Shown here: in pieces, positions 28,872-42,570 of the stretch | Position numbering within the stretch: position 1 is the first letter of the stretch | Layout of the letters: the number at the start of each line of letters is the position of its first letter | Assembly (NCBI RefSeq): GCF_009914755.1 | Contig: NC_060939.1 | DNA length: 64,000 nt | Strand: one strand, 5' to 3' | DNA from: the human T2T-CHM13v2.0 reference genome, Homo sapiens | The notes under the pieces: generated by a model | Told to the model about the DNA's origin: nothing | Database searches by the model: none | What the model saw: the letters and a program-made list of their open reading frames with translations, nothing else | Position numbers and translations under genes: made by a program

Positions 28872-29385
28872 GCGGTGGATGATGCAGTGGATGATGCAGC
28901 CACTATCCATTTCTTTCACTGCTATAAGCCCAGCCCTTTGCAATGTGATTGTGCCACTCCTGTCATCAAGAAATGACATTTATTTCCTCATCCGTTGAAT
29001 CCTTGAATCCGGCCTGGACTTGTAACTTAATTTGACAAATACAATGTGGCAGAAGTGACCTTTGTAGGAGATCCTGCTGCTTCTGCTCTACTCTGGGAAT
29101 GCTGCTAGCACACTGTGAACAAGCTAGCCCCCTTGAGGGTAGGAGAGCATGACAGAAAAAGAGCCCAGCCACCCAGCCACACCAGCAAGCATCATGTGCC
29201 AGACATTATCAGTGCTGCCATTTTAGACCATCCAGTCCTCGTGCAGCCACCAGACGACTGCAGCCACATGAGTGACCCCAGACAGACCAGACCAGCAGAA
29301 CAACCATGTAGCAGAGTCCAGCCCAAATTGCTGACCTACGAAGTCATCAGCAAATAAAATAGTTGTTATAAGCCACTAAATTTAA
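28872..29385 (+). mobile_element. MLT1-family LTR
   Basis: 'ccctttgcaatgtga', 'gcagccacatgagtgacccca' and 'ttataagccactaaattt' motifs. Confidence 0.7.
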
Positions 29386-29848
29386 ACCTAGGACTGCCTG
29401 AATCTAGAGCCTAGATTCTCTCCACTAACTACAGCTGCAAGTATTCTTTGGTTTAGAAATACAAACATCTTACCTCTTGTAGTCTAATTCAATTTTATAG
29501 ATATAAGAGCAGCCAAATTGAGAAATAATAGTTTATAATTTTTTTATCCATTATCTAAAAATAGGGGATGAGCTGGGAACAGAAATGTCTTTTTACCCTC
29601 CTAAAAGAAGGAAAATAGATACAATATTAATAATATTATGCTGATAAAATTTTATTAGAAAAAGTATTTTTCCTCTTTCCCAAAGATATGCAAGTATTCA
29701 TTTAAAACCTAACAGTATTCATCTATGTTTTATCAATAAAAGCTGAACTCAGCATCTGATCTAAAAGACAATCTGAATGGCCATGCAATAAAAACTAAGC
29801 AGTTAATAATTTTTATTAATAAATTTGTGGCTTCAAACAATGAAACAT

Positions 29849-30266
<418 letters not shown>

Positions 30267-30267
30267 T

Positions 30268-30472
30268 TAGAGTTTGGCAAACTTTTTCAGTAAAAGATTA
30301 CATAGTAAGTATTTTAGACTTTGCAGGCCATGTGGTTTCTGTTTTAACTATTCAACTCTGCCACTGTAAACTAAAACAGCCATAGGCAATATGTAATGAA
30401 TAAGCATGGCTGTTTTCCACTAAAGCTTTATTTATAAAAATGGGCAGTAGGCCACAGTTTGCCAACCCTTGT
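30268..30472. mobile_element. MER58A-like hAT-Charlie MITE
   Basis: Terminal inverted repeats 'ttggcaaact..agtttgccaa' and internal consensus similarity. Confidence 0.75.
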
Positions 30473-30617
30473 TTCAGGTACTCACTGAACTTTGGCAAGA
30501 AGACACCTAGTTTATTGGCTCTGATCAAGCTAATCTGCATGCTGCCTTCTCATAAGACCTACCAGAAAGTACTCTCCATACTCATATTTTACTATCTGCA
30601 AAATTGCACAATGTATA

Positions 30618-30934
30618 TGTGATGGTTAAATTTTGTGTCAGTTTGGTTCTGCTATGGTGCCCAGCTGTTTGGACAGATACAAGCACAGATGTAACTGTGA
30701 AGGTATTTTGTAGATGTGATTAACATCTATAATCAGTTGAGATTACCCTCTATAATGTAGATAGGCCTCAATCCCTTAAAGGGCTTAAGGGCAAAAACAG
30801 GATTCCCAGAGAAGAAGCAATTCTACCTCAAGACTGTAACATGAAAATCCTGCCTGACTTCCCTGCCTGCTCTACAAATTTCAGATTTGCCAGTACCATA
30901 ATCACATCAGCCAATTCCTTAAAATAAATTTCTT

Positions 30935-30975
<41 letters not shown>

Positions 30976-31015
30976 CCTATTAGTTTTATTTCTCTGGATA
31001 ACCCTGATTTACATA
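30618..31015 (+). mobile_element. MLT2 (ERVL) LTR containing (CA)n
   Basis: TGTGATGGTTAA start, 'ctgtgaaggtatttt..gatgtgattaacat', 'tttctctgga..accctga' end. Confidence 0.8.
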
Positions 31016-31138
31016 CTAGGTTAGTATATCCTTACATTTAAAAAGGGATATACTCTGATTTTTTGGTACATCAACAGAAAGTTATGATATATTGTATTAC
31101 TATTTGAAATTATTTATTCTCCTGCTTCCTTACAAGGT

Positions 31139-31232
31139 GAGAGAGAGAGACAGAGGAACGGGGGGGAGGGAGGGGGAGGAGGGGGAGAGAGGGAGAGAGG
31201 AAGGGAGAGAGGGAGAGGGAGAGAGAGAGAGA

Positions 31233-31291
<59 letters not shown>
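31139..31291. repeat. GA-rich tract followed by (TG)n
   Basis: Direct inspection; (TG)n about 31234-31291. Confidence 0.92.
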
Positions 31292-31292
<1 letters not shown>

Positions 31293-31938
31293 GGAGTTGA
31301 CATCCCTAGGTTATTGCTTTGGGGATCAGCCATGTGATATGTTTGGCCAATAGAATGTGAATAGAAGTGAGGTACAATGCATGTTACCAAAAGCTTTAAG
31401 CAGCAATCTGAGTTACAGCCAGCCTTCTTGCTGTAGTACTTTGTGAAGAGACTGGCACATATCTTACGAGGCCTGTTCCTTCAGCCTTGGTTCCCAAATG
31501 AGAAAAAGTCTGGAGCAGAGCCACAGGTCAGGGCAGAACTGAAGTTGAATCACGGTCTATAATATAAAGTTAGTGGGAAATATAAGTTTGTTATCTTGAG
31601 AAGCCACTTAAATTTGGAGGTAATTACTATAACATGGCTGAACACTGCAAAATTTGGTACCAAAAGTGGGGTGCTACCTTAACAACAGCTACCACCAAAA
31701 ATAATTTTAAAATATGTGATATAGGCTTTGAAACCAGGTGGCAGAAAGCAAGAAAACTGTTACTGGAGAATGGAAAAATAGCAACCCACATAAAGTGGTG
31801 GTAAATAAAACTGTCACATAAAAAATTGAATAACTTGGCAAAAAGATTATAAAAGCTGAACTTTAGTTGTCATTAAGTAGATTTAATAAAGTACCATTAG
31901 ATTAGCTCATTAAAGGAAAAAGGAATCCCCCAGTCATA

Positions 31939-32075
31939 GGAAGGAGGAAGGAAGGGAGGAAGGAAGGGTAGAAAGAAGGGAGGAAGGAAAGAGGGAGGAA
32001 GGAAGAAAGAGAAAGAGAAGATGAAGAGAAGGAGAAGGAGAAGAGAAGAGAACAGAAGAGAAGAGAAGAGAAGAG
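31939..32075. repeat. Purine-rich (GGAA/GAGAA) low-complexity tract
   Basis: Direct inspection. Confidence 0.85.
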
Positions 32076-32839
32076 GCTCAGAAAAGGGGCCTATGTGCAA
32101 GTAAGGATAAAAAAAGAGAGAACCTGAAATTCCTGGACTTGCAAGGTAGAAACTCCCAACTATTTCCCATTTCCAACAAGTAAAAAGGGTTTACAAAGGC
32201 CAATTATGACATAAACCCAGGGCAAAGACCAAATCATAAGTGTAGCCATCATAGTGTCTAAGACCTTTGAATTAATGCTGCCCCCAGTAAATCCACTCAG
32301 TGGAACAAAATGGCTTGGTGGGGGATTCCCCCGACAGGCAGACTAAGAATGTGGACCCACGGAAGCTCAATAAGCTCAAGATACCTGTACTGAAAACCAA
32401 AATAAAATGCACATCTCAACGAGTTGAGGATGTAGCTACTGGCACATGGCTCTGACTGAAATCAAATAGATAAAAAGAAAAAATACAACCACCAAAACAT
32501 CATTCTGTTTGAATTAAGGAAACATTATTCTTCTAGATTACCTTTGGGCCCTCGATTTTCTATAGGCAAGAAGTGGGTTGAGAAAGGTGTTCAACCCTTA
32601 TAACACTCCCTGACCAAGAAGAGCATATCCTCCAATACTCCATTCAAAAGTAGACAAGAATGATATATTAAAGGAAACACCTTACAGAGTACCCACCCAA
32701 GAATCATGGAAAACAACAAACTGGGTGAATAATCGAGGAAAATCCCCTAGGGCCAAGAAAAGTTACCCTTCCTACATTTATCCAGTAAGATTTTCATTGC
32801 TAAGGACCCACAATTGTTATGTGCTTCCTTTCTTCCCCC

Positions 32840-33387
32840 TTATTTATTTATAAATTGTTTGAGATACAGGGTGATATGGTTTGGATCAGCGTCCCCACCC
32901 AAATCTCATGTTGAATTGTAATCCCCAATGTTGGAGGTCAGCCTGGTGAGAGGTGACTGGATCATGGAGGCAGATTTCTCCCTTTGGTGCTGTTCTCATG
33001 AGATCTGGTTGTTTAAAGCATGCAGCACCTCCCCTCTTTCTCTTCCTCCTGCTCCAGCCATGTAAGATATGCCTGCTTCCCCTTCACCTTCTGCCCTGAT
33101 TGTAGTTTACTGAGGCCTCTCCAGAAGCAAATGCCACTATGTTTCCTGTCCAGCCTGCAGAACAGTGAGCCAATTAAACCTCTTTTCTTTATAAATTACC
33201 CATTCTCTGGTATTTCTTTATAGCAATGTGTAAATGGACTAATACACAGTGTCTTGCTTTGTTGCCCAAGCTGGAGTGCAGTTGTATGATCATGACTAAC
33301 TGCAGCCTCAAACTCCTGGGCTCAAGTGATCTTCCCACCTCAGCCTCCCAAAGTGCTACTACAGGCATGAGCCACCATGCCCCACCC
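32840..33387 (-). mobile_element. Alu monomer (FAM/FRAM-like or internally deleted AluJ) split by the MST LTR
   Basis: T-rich tail and 'gagatacaggg' before the MST, continuing 'tcttgctttgttgccc..' after it; flanking TTCTTCCCC repeat. Confidence 0.75.
32872..33246 (+). mobile_element. MST (MSTA-like) solo LTR inserted into an Alu monomer
   Basis: TGATATGGTTTGG start and GGACTAATACA end; 5-bp near-TSD CAGGG/CAGTG. Confidence 0.88.
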
Positions 33388-34260
33388 ATTCTTCCCCTTT
33401 CTTAACAGGAATGTTTATTGTGGATATCCTGTCTCTGTTCCACTACTGGGAGAGATGGATGGCAGAACTGGTATTTTAGTTCATTGATCTCTGGATCAAG
33501 AAAATCTACATAGATAAAAGACGTAGAAATCCTAAAGAGGTTTAGACTTCAAGACTAATGTTATTGAAGGAAATTCTTAGAGTATTTTCCTTGAGGAAGA
33601 GATAAATATATTTTGTATGCCGAAGCAAAGTAAGTCAATATTTGTGATCAAGAGGACAAACTGTGGTAGATTATATTACTGTTTGGTATTTACCAGCCCT
33701 GTCTTTGAAGAATATGCGCCCCTGCACCTCACTGACTCTGCACCTGACCATGTGACATGCTTTGGCAGTCATGAAGTACTCCACTCCTGAGCAGAAGATT
33801 TAACAGTATCACAAGTTACAGCCAGCCCTGAATTCTGCTCACTACCATGAAAATGGCAGGTAGAGACAGAGGATGCTCCATCATTCTGGATCTTAGGATG
33901 AAAATGTGGAGTGCAGCCACTTGCACAGTCAGCCCAAAGCCTACATGTGCCATAATGCTGACAAACCACCAAGATTTGGAGATTGTTTCTGCAGTGAAGT
34001 TGATTAATACAGAAATCAAATGAAACAAAAGGTTAAAGGGGGAGGAATGGCGTTACATACAAGTATAATTCTGGTAGTTGAATATAGTGTGAGATGCCTT
34101 AGGTGGCAAAATGAGTACAGTTAGTGAGGTAAAGAACACCCATTCCCATTCTGTTTCTAGAATGGCTATGGGTGTGGGTAAATATAGATTCTTTAAAGGA
34201 TAAATCAGTTCAGTTTGGTTGTTGGATGTGATGGGTGGCAAAATATAAAACTACAGTTGC

Positions 34261-34584
<324 letters not shown>

Positions 34585-35238
34585 TTATTAACCCAGCGCT
34601 TTGCACAGTCCTCAACTATAATCAACACAGGCTTTTATTACCATCTTCATAAAAAGAAAAGAAACTTAGAGTAAGTTCAGTCACCTGCCAACATTACACA
34701 GTTACCAAGGAATAGTTAAAACTCAAACCTGAGATTATCTAATTCTAAACTTTAAATTTTTTCTATACCATGCTGTCAAAAAACAAGGGTACAGATTATC
34801 TGGTAAACATTCAATTAAAGTGGTTACCTGATTTTATACCATTTGCCCATTAGATGCAAAAGAAAGGTGATTCCATGAACTCAGTTCTAAGTCTGAATCC
34901 TATTTAAAAACATTCTGTATCTCTATTCAGTAAGTTCTCTTAAATTTAGACTATACTAATTCAGAATTCTGAAAACTCAGATAAGGGATGGCCTTTTCGA
35001 TATGAAAAATATTTCCCAGGCAAATTAATAATGCATTCAAATGATGGGTGATGCAGTTTGGGCATTTTAAACACTTTATAAACCCCTTAACGGCCTTCAA
35101 ACTCCTTATATTTACTATAAATGTCATTTTTATTATACAATAACATATAGTAGAAAAATAATACTAATACAAACTCAAAAAAAGAGGAAAGGAAGGCAAG
35201 AGGGAAGAAAGAGGGAAAAGACAATCTAGCAAAATCAC

Positions 35239-35508
35239 TTTTTTTTTTTTTTGAGACAGGATCTCACTGTGTTGCCCAGTCTGGAGTGCTATGGCACCAC
35301 AGTAGCTCATCATGGCCTCGATCACCTAGGCTCAAATGAGCCTCTCACCTCAGCCTCCTGAGTAGCTGGGACTACAGACATGTGCCACCACACTGAGCTA
35401 ATTTTTTTATTTTTAGTAAAGAAGAGGTCTTGCTATGTGGCCCAGACTGGTCCTGAACTACTGAGCTCAAGCAATCCTCCTGGCCTCCCAAAGTGCTGGG
35501 ATCTGGCC
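35239..35508 (-). mobile_element. AluJ
   Basis: Poly-T then diverged antisense Alu. Confidence 0.85.
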
Positions 35509-36130
35509 TGCAAAACCACCATTAAAACAGTAACTTTATTTTTTGTTATACGTCTTTTCAAACTTCTTTTCAATATCTAGACATACATTAAACTTTTAAG
35601 TCAAAATGAGAACATACTATACACATATTCCACTTTAAGGAATATTCTTAATATGAGTTCACTGGAATTGCTTACTGATGAATATTCCTGACTGAGCATT
35701 TCAAAGCTCATTAAAATCTCAATCTTTCTGGCTCCCTCTGGTGGCAACTAAGAGAAGCTATTTTTTTCTTCAATTCAGTTTGAAAAAAATTAAGGTGGCA
35801 CCACTCAGAAGCACTAACTTATCATTACTAAAAACATCTTTAAGAACCTATCTGAATATAGAATTTGTCCAGAAAGAAAAAAATGGACAATTTTTGAGTG
35901 AATTTCTATTAACCAACAGGGATTTGACATCAGAAAAACCTGGACAGAGTTCCTGACTTTACATTTGTTTGCTAGTTTACCTTGATCAAGTTACTTAGTC
36001 CCCCTGAGCGTCAGTTTCCTCATTTTAAAAATAATGCTAATAAAAACCACTTCATTTGTTATTAGAGTTAGGGTTAATATATGTGTACTCTGAAAATGCT
36101 CCACAGTACTGACACAGAAAAACAGTAAAC

Positions 36131-36298
36131 AGCAGGTGCAGCGGCTCACGCCTGTAATCCTAAACTTTGGAAGGCCTAGAATGGAGGGTCGCTGGAGCTC
36201 AGGCATTTGAGACCAGCCTGGGCAACACAGTAGACTTTGTCTTCACAAAAAATTAGCCAGGCGTGGTGGTACACATCGGTAGTCCCAGCTACTCAGGG
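36131..36298 (+). mobile_element. Partial Alu (3'-truncated), preceded by MIR-like sequence
   Basis: Left arm plus start of right arm. Confidence 0.75.
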
Positions 36299-36400
36299 AT
36301 ACTCTTATAATAGACTTACTGTTCTTAAGACCAAAGTCCTTAATGACGTCTAAGATCCTCCATGGTCTCACCCCTCCTTACCTCTAAAGTATAATCTTGA

Positions 36401-36848
<448 letters not shown>

Positions 36849-37782
36849 TTGAACTTTTTCAAAGAAACTTCCTCTGACTCCCCAGATTTTGTCAGGCCCT
36901 CCCTGTTATATATTCTGGTATATCTCTACTTCGTACACTTATTACATAGAGCTGTAGCTTCATATTTTAAGTGTGTTAGCTTTCTAATCCTGTCTCCCCC
37001 CACTTTTCTGTCTACAAATTTCTCAAGAGCAAGGAGTACATGTTCGAGCTTAGCACTCTATTTGTCTACATAGAGTAGGCACTTAAGTATCTGTTGAGCA
37101 ACTGAATAAACTGAAATTAACAAATACTGCAATTAAAGAATTCTTTCTAAACCTACTTCACATAAAAGATGGTCATGGAAATGTAAAATAATATTCCAAA
37201 TACTATGCTCCATATTTCTTCTCAGGCTATCTAGTGTTCATAAAGGCTGATAGAAAATAATACTCAGAAATATATTTAACCCATACTCACAGAAAAAGTT
37301 ACACCCTTCAGAGAAGAAACTTTAAGAGCACAGAACCTAAATATATAATGATAGTCCTTTAAACATCTCAGTTTTAATTTTTTTTCAAATTTTAGTACAT
37401 ATGTGGTTTGCTTTCTGTAGCAAATATCTAACTGAAAATGTGTCTGAAAATGGAGTGTTTTTAACTGTACTACACAGTTTTACTTTTCAAGGAAAACTGG
37501 TGAATGAACTAGTACAGCTAACAATCACTCGCTAAAAGGTGTGCTTCATGGCTTCCTTGGAAGGTATGCACTGAACTATTTTAAACCAAGGCACACTTAT
37601 AATTGCCTCAAAGAGTGTGACCTTTTTATAGATTAAACTCTTTCTCTATATAGTAGGCATCCCCAAGCACATAGTAAATTTTCATCCCAAATGGCTTTGT
37701 TCTCTATTCATCTGCACCAAGCCAGAAAAAAAAAGATATCTAGAAATCCCCAACCAAAGAAAGTTACAAAGTTTGCAATACT

Positions 37783-38016
37783 CTTGCCCAGAAGTTTGAG
37801 ACCAGCCTCAGCAACATAGCAAGACTCTGTCTCTACAAAAAAAAAAAAAAAAATTTAACTAGCCAGGTATGGTGGCAAGCACCTTGTAGTCCTAGCTACA
37901 CCAGAGGCTAAGTTGGGAGGATCACTTAAGCAAAGGAGGTTAAGGCTGCAGTGAGCCATCACCATGCTGCTGCACTCTAGCCTGGGCAACACAGCAAGAT
38001 CTCAAAAAAAAAAAAA
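37783..38016 (+). mobile_element. 5'-truncated AluJ
   Basis: Starts mid left arm, long middle A-run, A tail. Confidence 0.85.
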
Positions 38017-38789
38017 TCTTCGTTTGATGGAATATTTGATAGATTTATCTGATAGATTTTTGGTAAATCCTATGACTCCAAAACAGCAATTATTTTTCCC
38101 CAAAAGCTGCATAATGATATAAAAAATCTAAAAATTAATTTCTTCCCCTGTTAGGTTAAAGGAAAATAGAGTTTAAAATATAGCTCATATTTATAATAGA
38201 ATAAAATCCTTGAGGATCATCTTGTCCAGGAAAAGTAAATATTGGTACTATATGTGCCCTCCCTCCCATGGTGAATATGGATAAATCAAGCTTAGCACTC
38301 TTTCCTCTGACCAAGAATGTCCACAGACCTCCCAGGTTCCTTAGGATATGGCACTACTCAGTAATATAAGAAAAGCATAGTCATTTTAATTGTCAAAGGG
38401 AACATTTGCCATCAATGGTTGTGAAAGGAAGTAGCCAATACTTTAGGAAAACTTCCCTTCTCCCTGTCTGAAAAGAAAATCTTTCAACTTTCACAGTGTC
38501 CTTCTAACCTTAAGGAGGACCTCTCATGGTGGATCTCTTAATTCTCCAGTCTCTAGGAAGGCAGATAGAACTGTGATCTTATTAATAATATGTTTCCTAT
38601 GTTATCATTGAACCAAAAAATAAAAACCAAGAGTGGGGATACAAATGTACCTGAGTGAAAGCAGAGGTATATTAAGAAGGAAGGTTTTCAAGAATTCTGG
38701 CACTGGCCATGCAGAAACAATCCAAGGAAGATGAAGGCGACACCAAGTCATCAAGATAACTTTGCTAGAAGAAAGAACCTGAAATGTAC

Positions 38790-38940
38790 CCAACACATAG
38801 AAATGATAAACACTGAGGTGATGGATGCCCTAAATATCCTGACTTGATCATTACCCACTCCATGAATGTAACAAAATTTCACAGGTACCCCATAAATATA
38901 TACAAATATAATGTATCCAAATAAATAAATAAATAAAAAT
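38790..38940 (+). mobile_element. L1M 3' UTR fragment
   Basis: 'gaaatgataaa..tgaggtgatggat..cctaa..cctgacttgatcattac' then (AAAT)n tail. Confidence 0.7.
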
Positions 38941-41198
38941 GGGATGACTTTAAACATCTGAATCTTATTCATTCCCACTGTTCTGCTTGCATCTTCTCTA
39001 AGCAAGCTTCCAACAAACTTGCTTTCCTACAGGAAGTGACTGGATGGAAGTATCCAGCCCCTAAACCAGCTATTTAGTTCTCATTATACATTAATAAAAT
39101 GATTTAATACATCAGTGAACTTTCAGGGTAACTCAGCACCCCCAAATCCAATCAAGATTGAGTTTCTGCTTAAATAAGCATAAGGTAAATTTACCAAGAT
39201 GACAAAAGGCCTTCACCTGGCAACAAAGGATTGGCTCTTCCCCAACAAAACTTCTCAAACTTTTACAAGATGTATATCTGAGCAGCATGGAGGAAATTGT
39301 TTAAAAAAAAATGTAAACAGCACTGATTTTCTCATTAGCTTAGAATTAGAAGCATATTCTTTGCTATTCGTGTATAAAACTAAATCTCTCTAAAATACAG
39401 ATCTTAAAAATATGTATTCACGACTTTCTCCACTTATTTTCATTTCATTTGGCTTTACTTTTTCTTCTGAAATAGAAATAAGATCACAAAGCTCAGCATC
39501 CTGAAAAGGTTTTAAGATCACATGTTAAGAAATAAACACTCAGAATACTAATGAAAGGGAATAGCCGAAAAATTAACAGCTATGGGATGTGGTATTAGAG
39601 AAGACATTTTTTCTTTATATGTTCGGTACCTTCTAAATTTTCTACAATAAATATTGTTCTGTTCAGCCTCCTTTATTTGGAAGGAACAAGTACCTGTCCA
39701 ATTTATTTGTGATTTATCACAAAGTTATACAAAGAATCACAAAGGAAATCTCACAGGAAATAATGGGAACCACAACTGAGCTGAGCCCTATAAAGTCAGG
39801 AGCTAGAGGGTGGCCTGGGAGTCAATTCTGTTCTGGGAATCTCAAGCAGAGGATGAGTGGTGATGTGGCCAGTGCTCAGCCATGCACGCTGCTCAGAGCT
39901 CTAATCCACATGCTCTTCCACTCTCACTATCAGCTGGAAACATTCTTTTTTGCCTTCATCTTAAACTCTAAATTCCTTTCATTTTAAGTATAAGGCTGTA
40001 GTATAAGAAGGTTAGAAAAATATGCAGCTTTTTCTTAAGGGTTAAATTTAATGCTTTTTAGATTATATAAGGAATACATAATCGCAGCTTTTAAAAAGAT
40101 CCAACAGTATAAAGAAGGGTATATAAAAAGGAAAACCTCCTTCCGCCCATTCCTCTTCCCTGGCATATTTTGGGGAGAAGAGAAAGTAATCTATGACAGA
40201 AAAATTTATAATTAATGCATGTTTCCAAAAATCACAAAAATATTATTTAATAAACCACAATATCCTATAACTTTTTTCTCATTTTATTAAATTAAAAATT
40301 GCTGTATAACCAGAAAATAGATAATCAAAAAGCAAAAATAGTTCACTTTAAAATTACTTGATACTGCATACTGCATAAAAAATAAGAAGCACTTTAAAAT
40401 TGATTGGTTCTATTTTAAATAGACATTTTTATTAACTTTACTGTCCATGGAGTAGATACGTTTACATTAACAACCTATTTATAAATTATATAAAATGCCT
40501 CATCATTGTAGAAATATTTCAATTCCTATTAAACTTTTTATTTGTCTCGTTCAGGTTTAATTGGTTAAAATTAAAATAATTGTGAAACTGTTCTCAAAAA
40601 CTAAAAACACCAAATAAACATAAGGCAGTGATGTTTAATGTATTAATTACTAAATATCTTAAACTGTTCTAGAACTTCTACTTAATATAGCCAGTAATCA
40701 GTGGTTTTCAAACCTTTCTAATTTTAAAAATTTTCTTAAAAGCCTTGAAATGAAGAAAGAAAGAAGGGTGGCTCTGTTTGAAAGTAGGGCCTCTTCACTG
40801 CCTATATTCTTTCCCTGAACCACCTAAGGCTCTTCACAGAGCAGCTCAAAGTGTAGTAGACAAACCGTTTTCATCAAAATAACCTGGTGCATAACACTAA
40901 CCAAACTAACCAAAACAGCATTGATACTGGTACAAAAACAGACACACAGACTAATGGGGAACAGAAGATAGAACCCAGAAATAAAGCCACACTCCTATAA
41001 ACATCTGATCTTTGACAAGGCTGACAAAAATAAGCAACAGGGAAAGGACTTCCTATTCATTAAATACTACTGGGATAACTGGCTAGCCATATGTAGAAGA
41101 ATGAAACTAGACCCCTACCTTTCACCATATACAAAAATGAACTCAAGATGGATTAAAGACTTAAATGTAAGATCTAAAACTATAAAAATCATAGAAGA

Positions 41199-41504
<306 letters not shown>

Positions 41505-42417
41505 CATAGAAAAAAAACCTAGGAAATAGCATTCTGGAAATCAGCCTCGGCAAAACATTTACAACTAAGTCCTCAAAGGCAACTGCAAAGAAAGCGAAAA
41601 TTGAAAAGTGGGACCTAATTAAGCTAAAGAGCTTCCACACAGTAAAAGAAACTCAAGAGAGTAAACACACAACCTACAGAACAGGAGAAAATAGTCACAA
41701 ACTATGTATCCAACAAAGGTTTAATATACTAAATCTATATGTAACTTAATGCAACAAGCAAAAAACAAATAACCCTATTAAAAAGTGGGCAGAGAACATG
41801 AACCGACACCTCTCAAAAGAACACATACAAGTGGCCACCAAGCATATGAAAAAATGCTCAGCAACACTAATCAGAGAAATGCAAATCAAAAACTGCAATG
41901 AGTTACCATCTCACACCAATCAGAATGGCTATTATTATAAAGTTAAAAAATAACAGATATTGGTAAGGCTATGGAGAAAAGGTAATTCATATATACTGCT
42001 GGTGGGAATGTAAATTAGTTCAGCCACTGTGGAAAGCAGTTTGGAGATTTCTCAAAGAACTGAAAATAGAACTACCATTCAACCCAGCAATCCCATTACT
42101 GGGTATATACTCAAAGGAAAATAAATCATTCCACCCAAAAGACACCGTACTTGTATGTTCACTGCAGCACTATTCACAATAGCAAAAACATGGAAGCAAC
42201 TTAGGTCCCATCAAGAGTGGACTGGAAAAAGAAAATGTGGTACATATATACCATGGAATACTACTTAGCCATAAAAAAAGAATGAAACCATGTCTTTGCT
42301 GCAGCTTGGATGCAATCAGAGGCCACTATCCCACGCAAATTAATGCAGAAACAGAAAACCAAATCCCACATGTTCCTGCTTACCAGTGGGAACTAAACAC
42401 TGAGTACACATGGACAT

Positions 42418-42431
42418 AAAGATGGGAACAA
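42418..42431 (+). repeat. 5' copy of the L1HS target-site duplication AAAGATGGGAACAA (3' copy at 48117-48130)
   Basis: Perfect 14-bp direct repeat; minus-strand nick site CTTT/AT fits the degenerate L1 EN motif TTTT/AA. Confidence 0.93.
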
Positions 42432-42570
42432 CCCTTCCGCCGCCTGTGAAGGGACCCACCGAGCTCCCAGGGCCTTTCTGCTGCTTCCTCTACCCCTGTA
42501 TTTTGCTCGGCTCTGTAACTTGACTCAGCTTCAGAGAGTGGTTAAAAATTCTCAACAAGAAAAAGCTGTG
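42432..42570 (+). other. 139-nt 5'-transduced (non-L1HS) leader
   Basis: Lies between the 5' TSD and L1 nt 1; belongs neither to the interrupted old L1 3' UTR nor to the L1HS consensus. Confidence 0.88.

Larger units (their letters stand above)
31083..34011 (+). mobile_element. MLT1-family MaLR with two LTRs (about 31083-31650 and 33662-34011) and an internal region
   Basis: Both LTRs share 'ccatgtga.atg.tt.ggc' and 'ccac.a.atttggag'; internal region starts 'aaatttggtacc..aagtggggtgct'. Confidence 0.6.

Noticed and set aside
42544-42555. AAAAATTCTCAA as the TSD of the present insertion
   Set aside because: The host L1 sequence is continuous only across the outer AAAGATGGGAACAA repeat, and a second poly(A) follows the inner repeat, so the inner repeat is inherited from the source.
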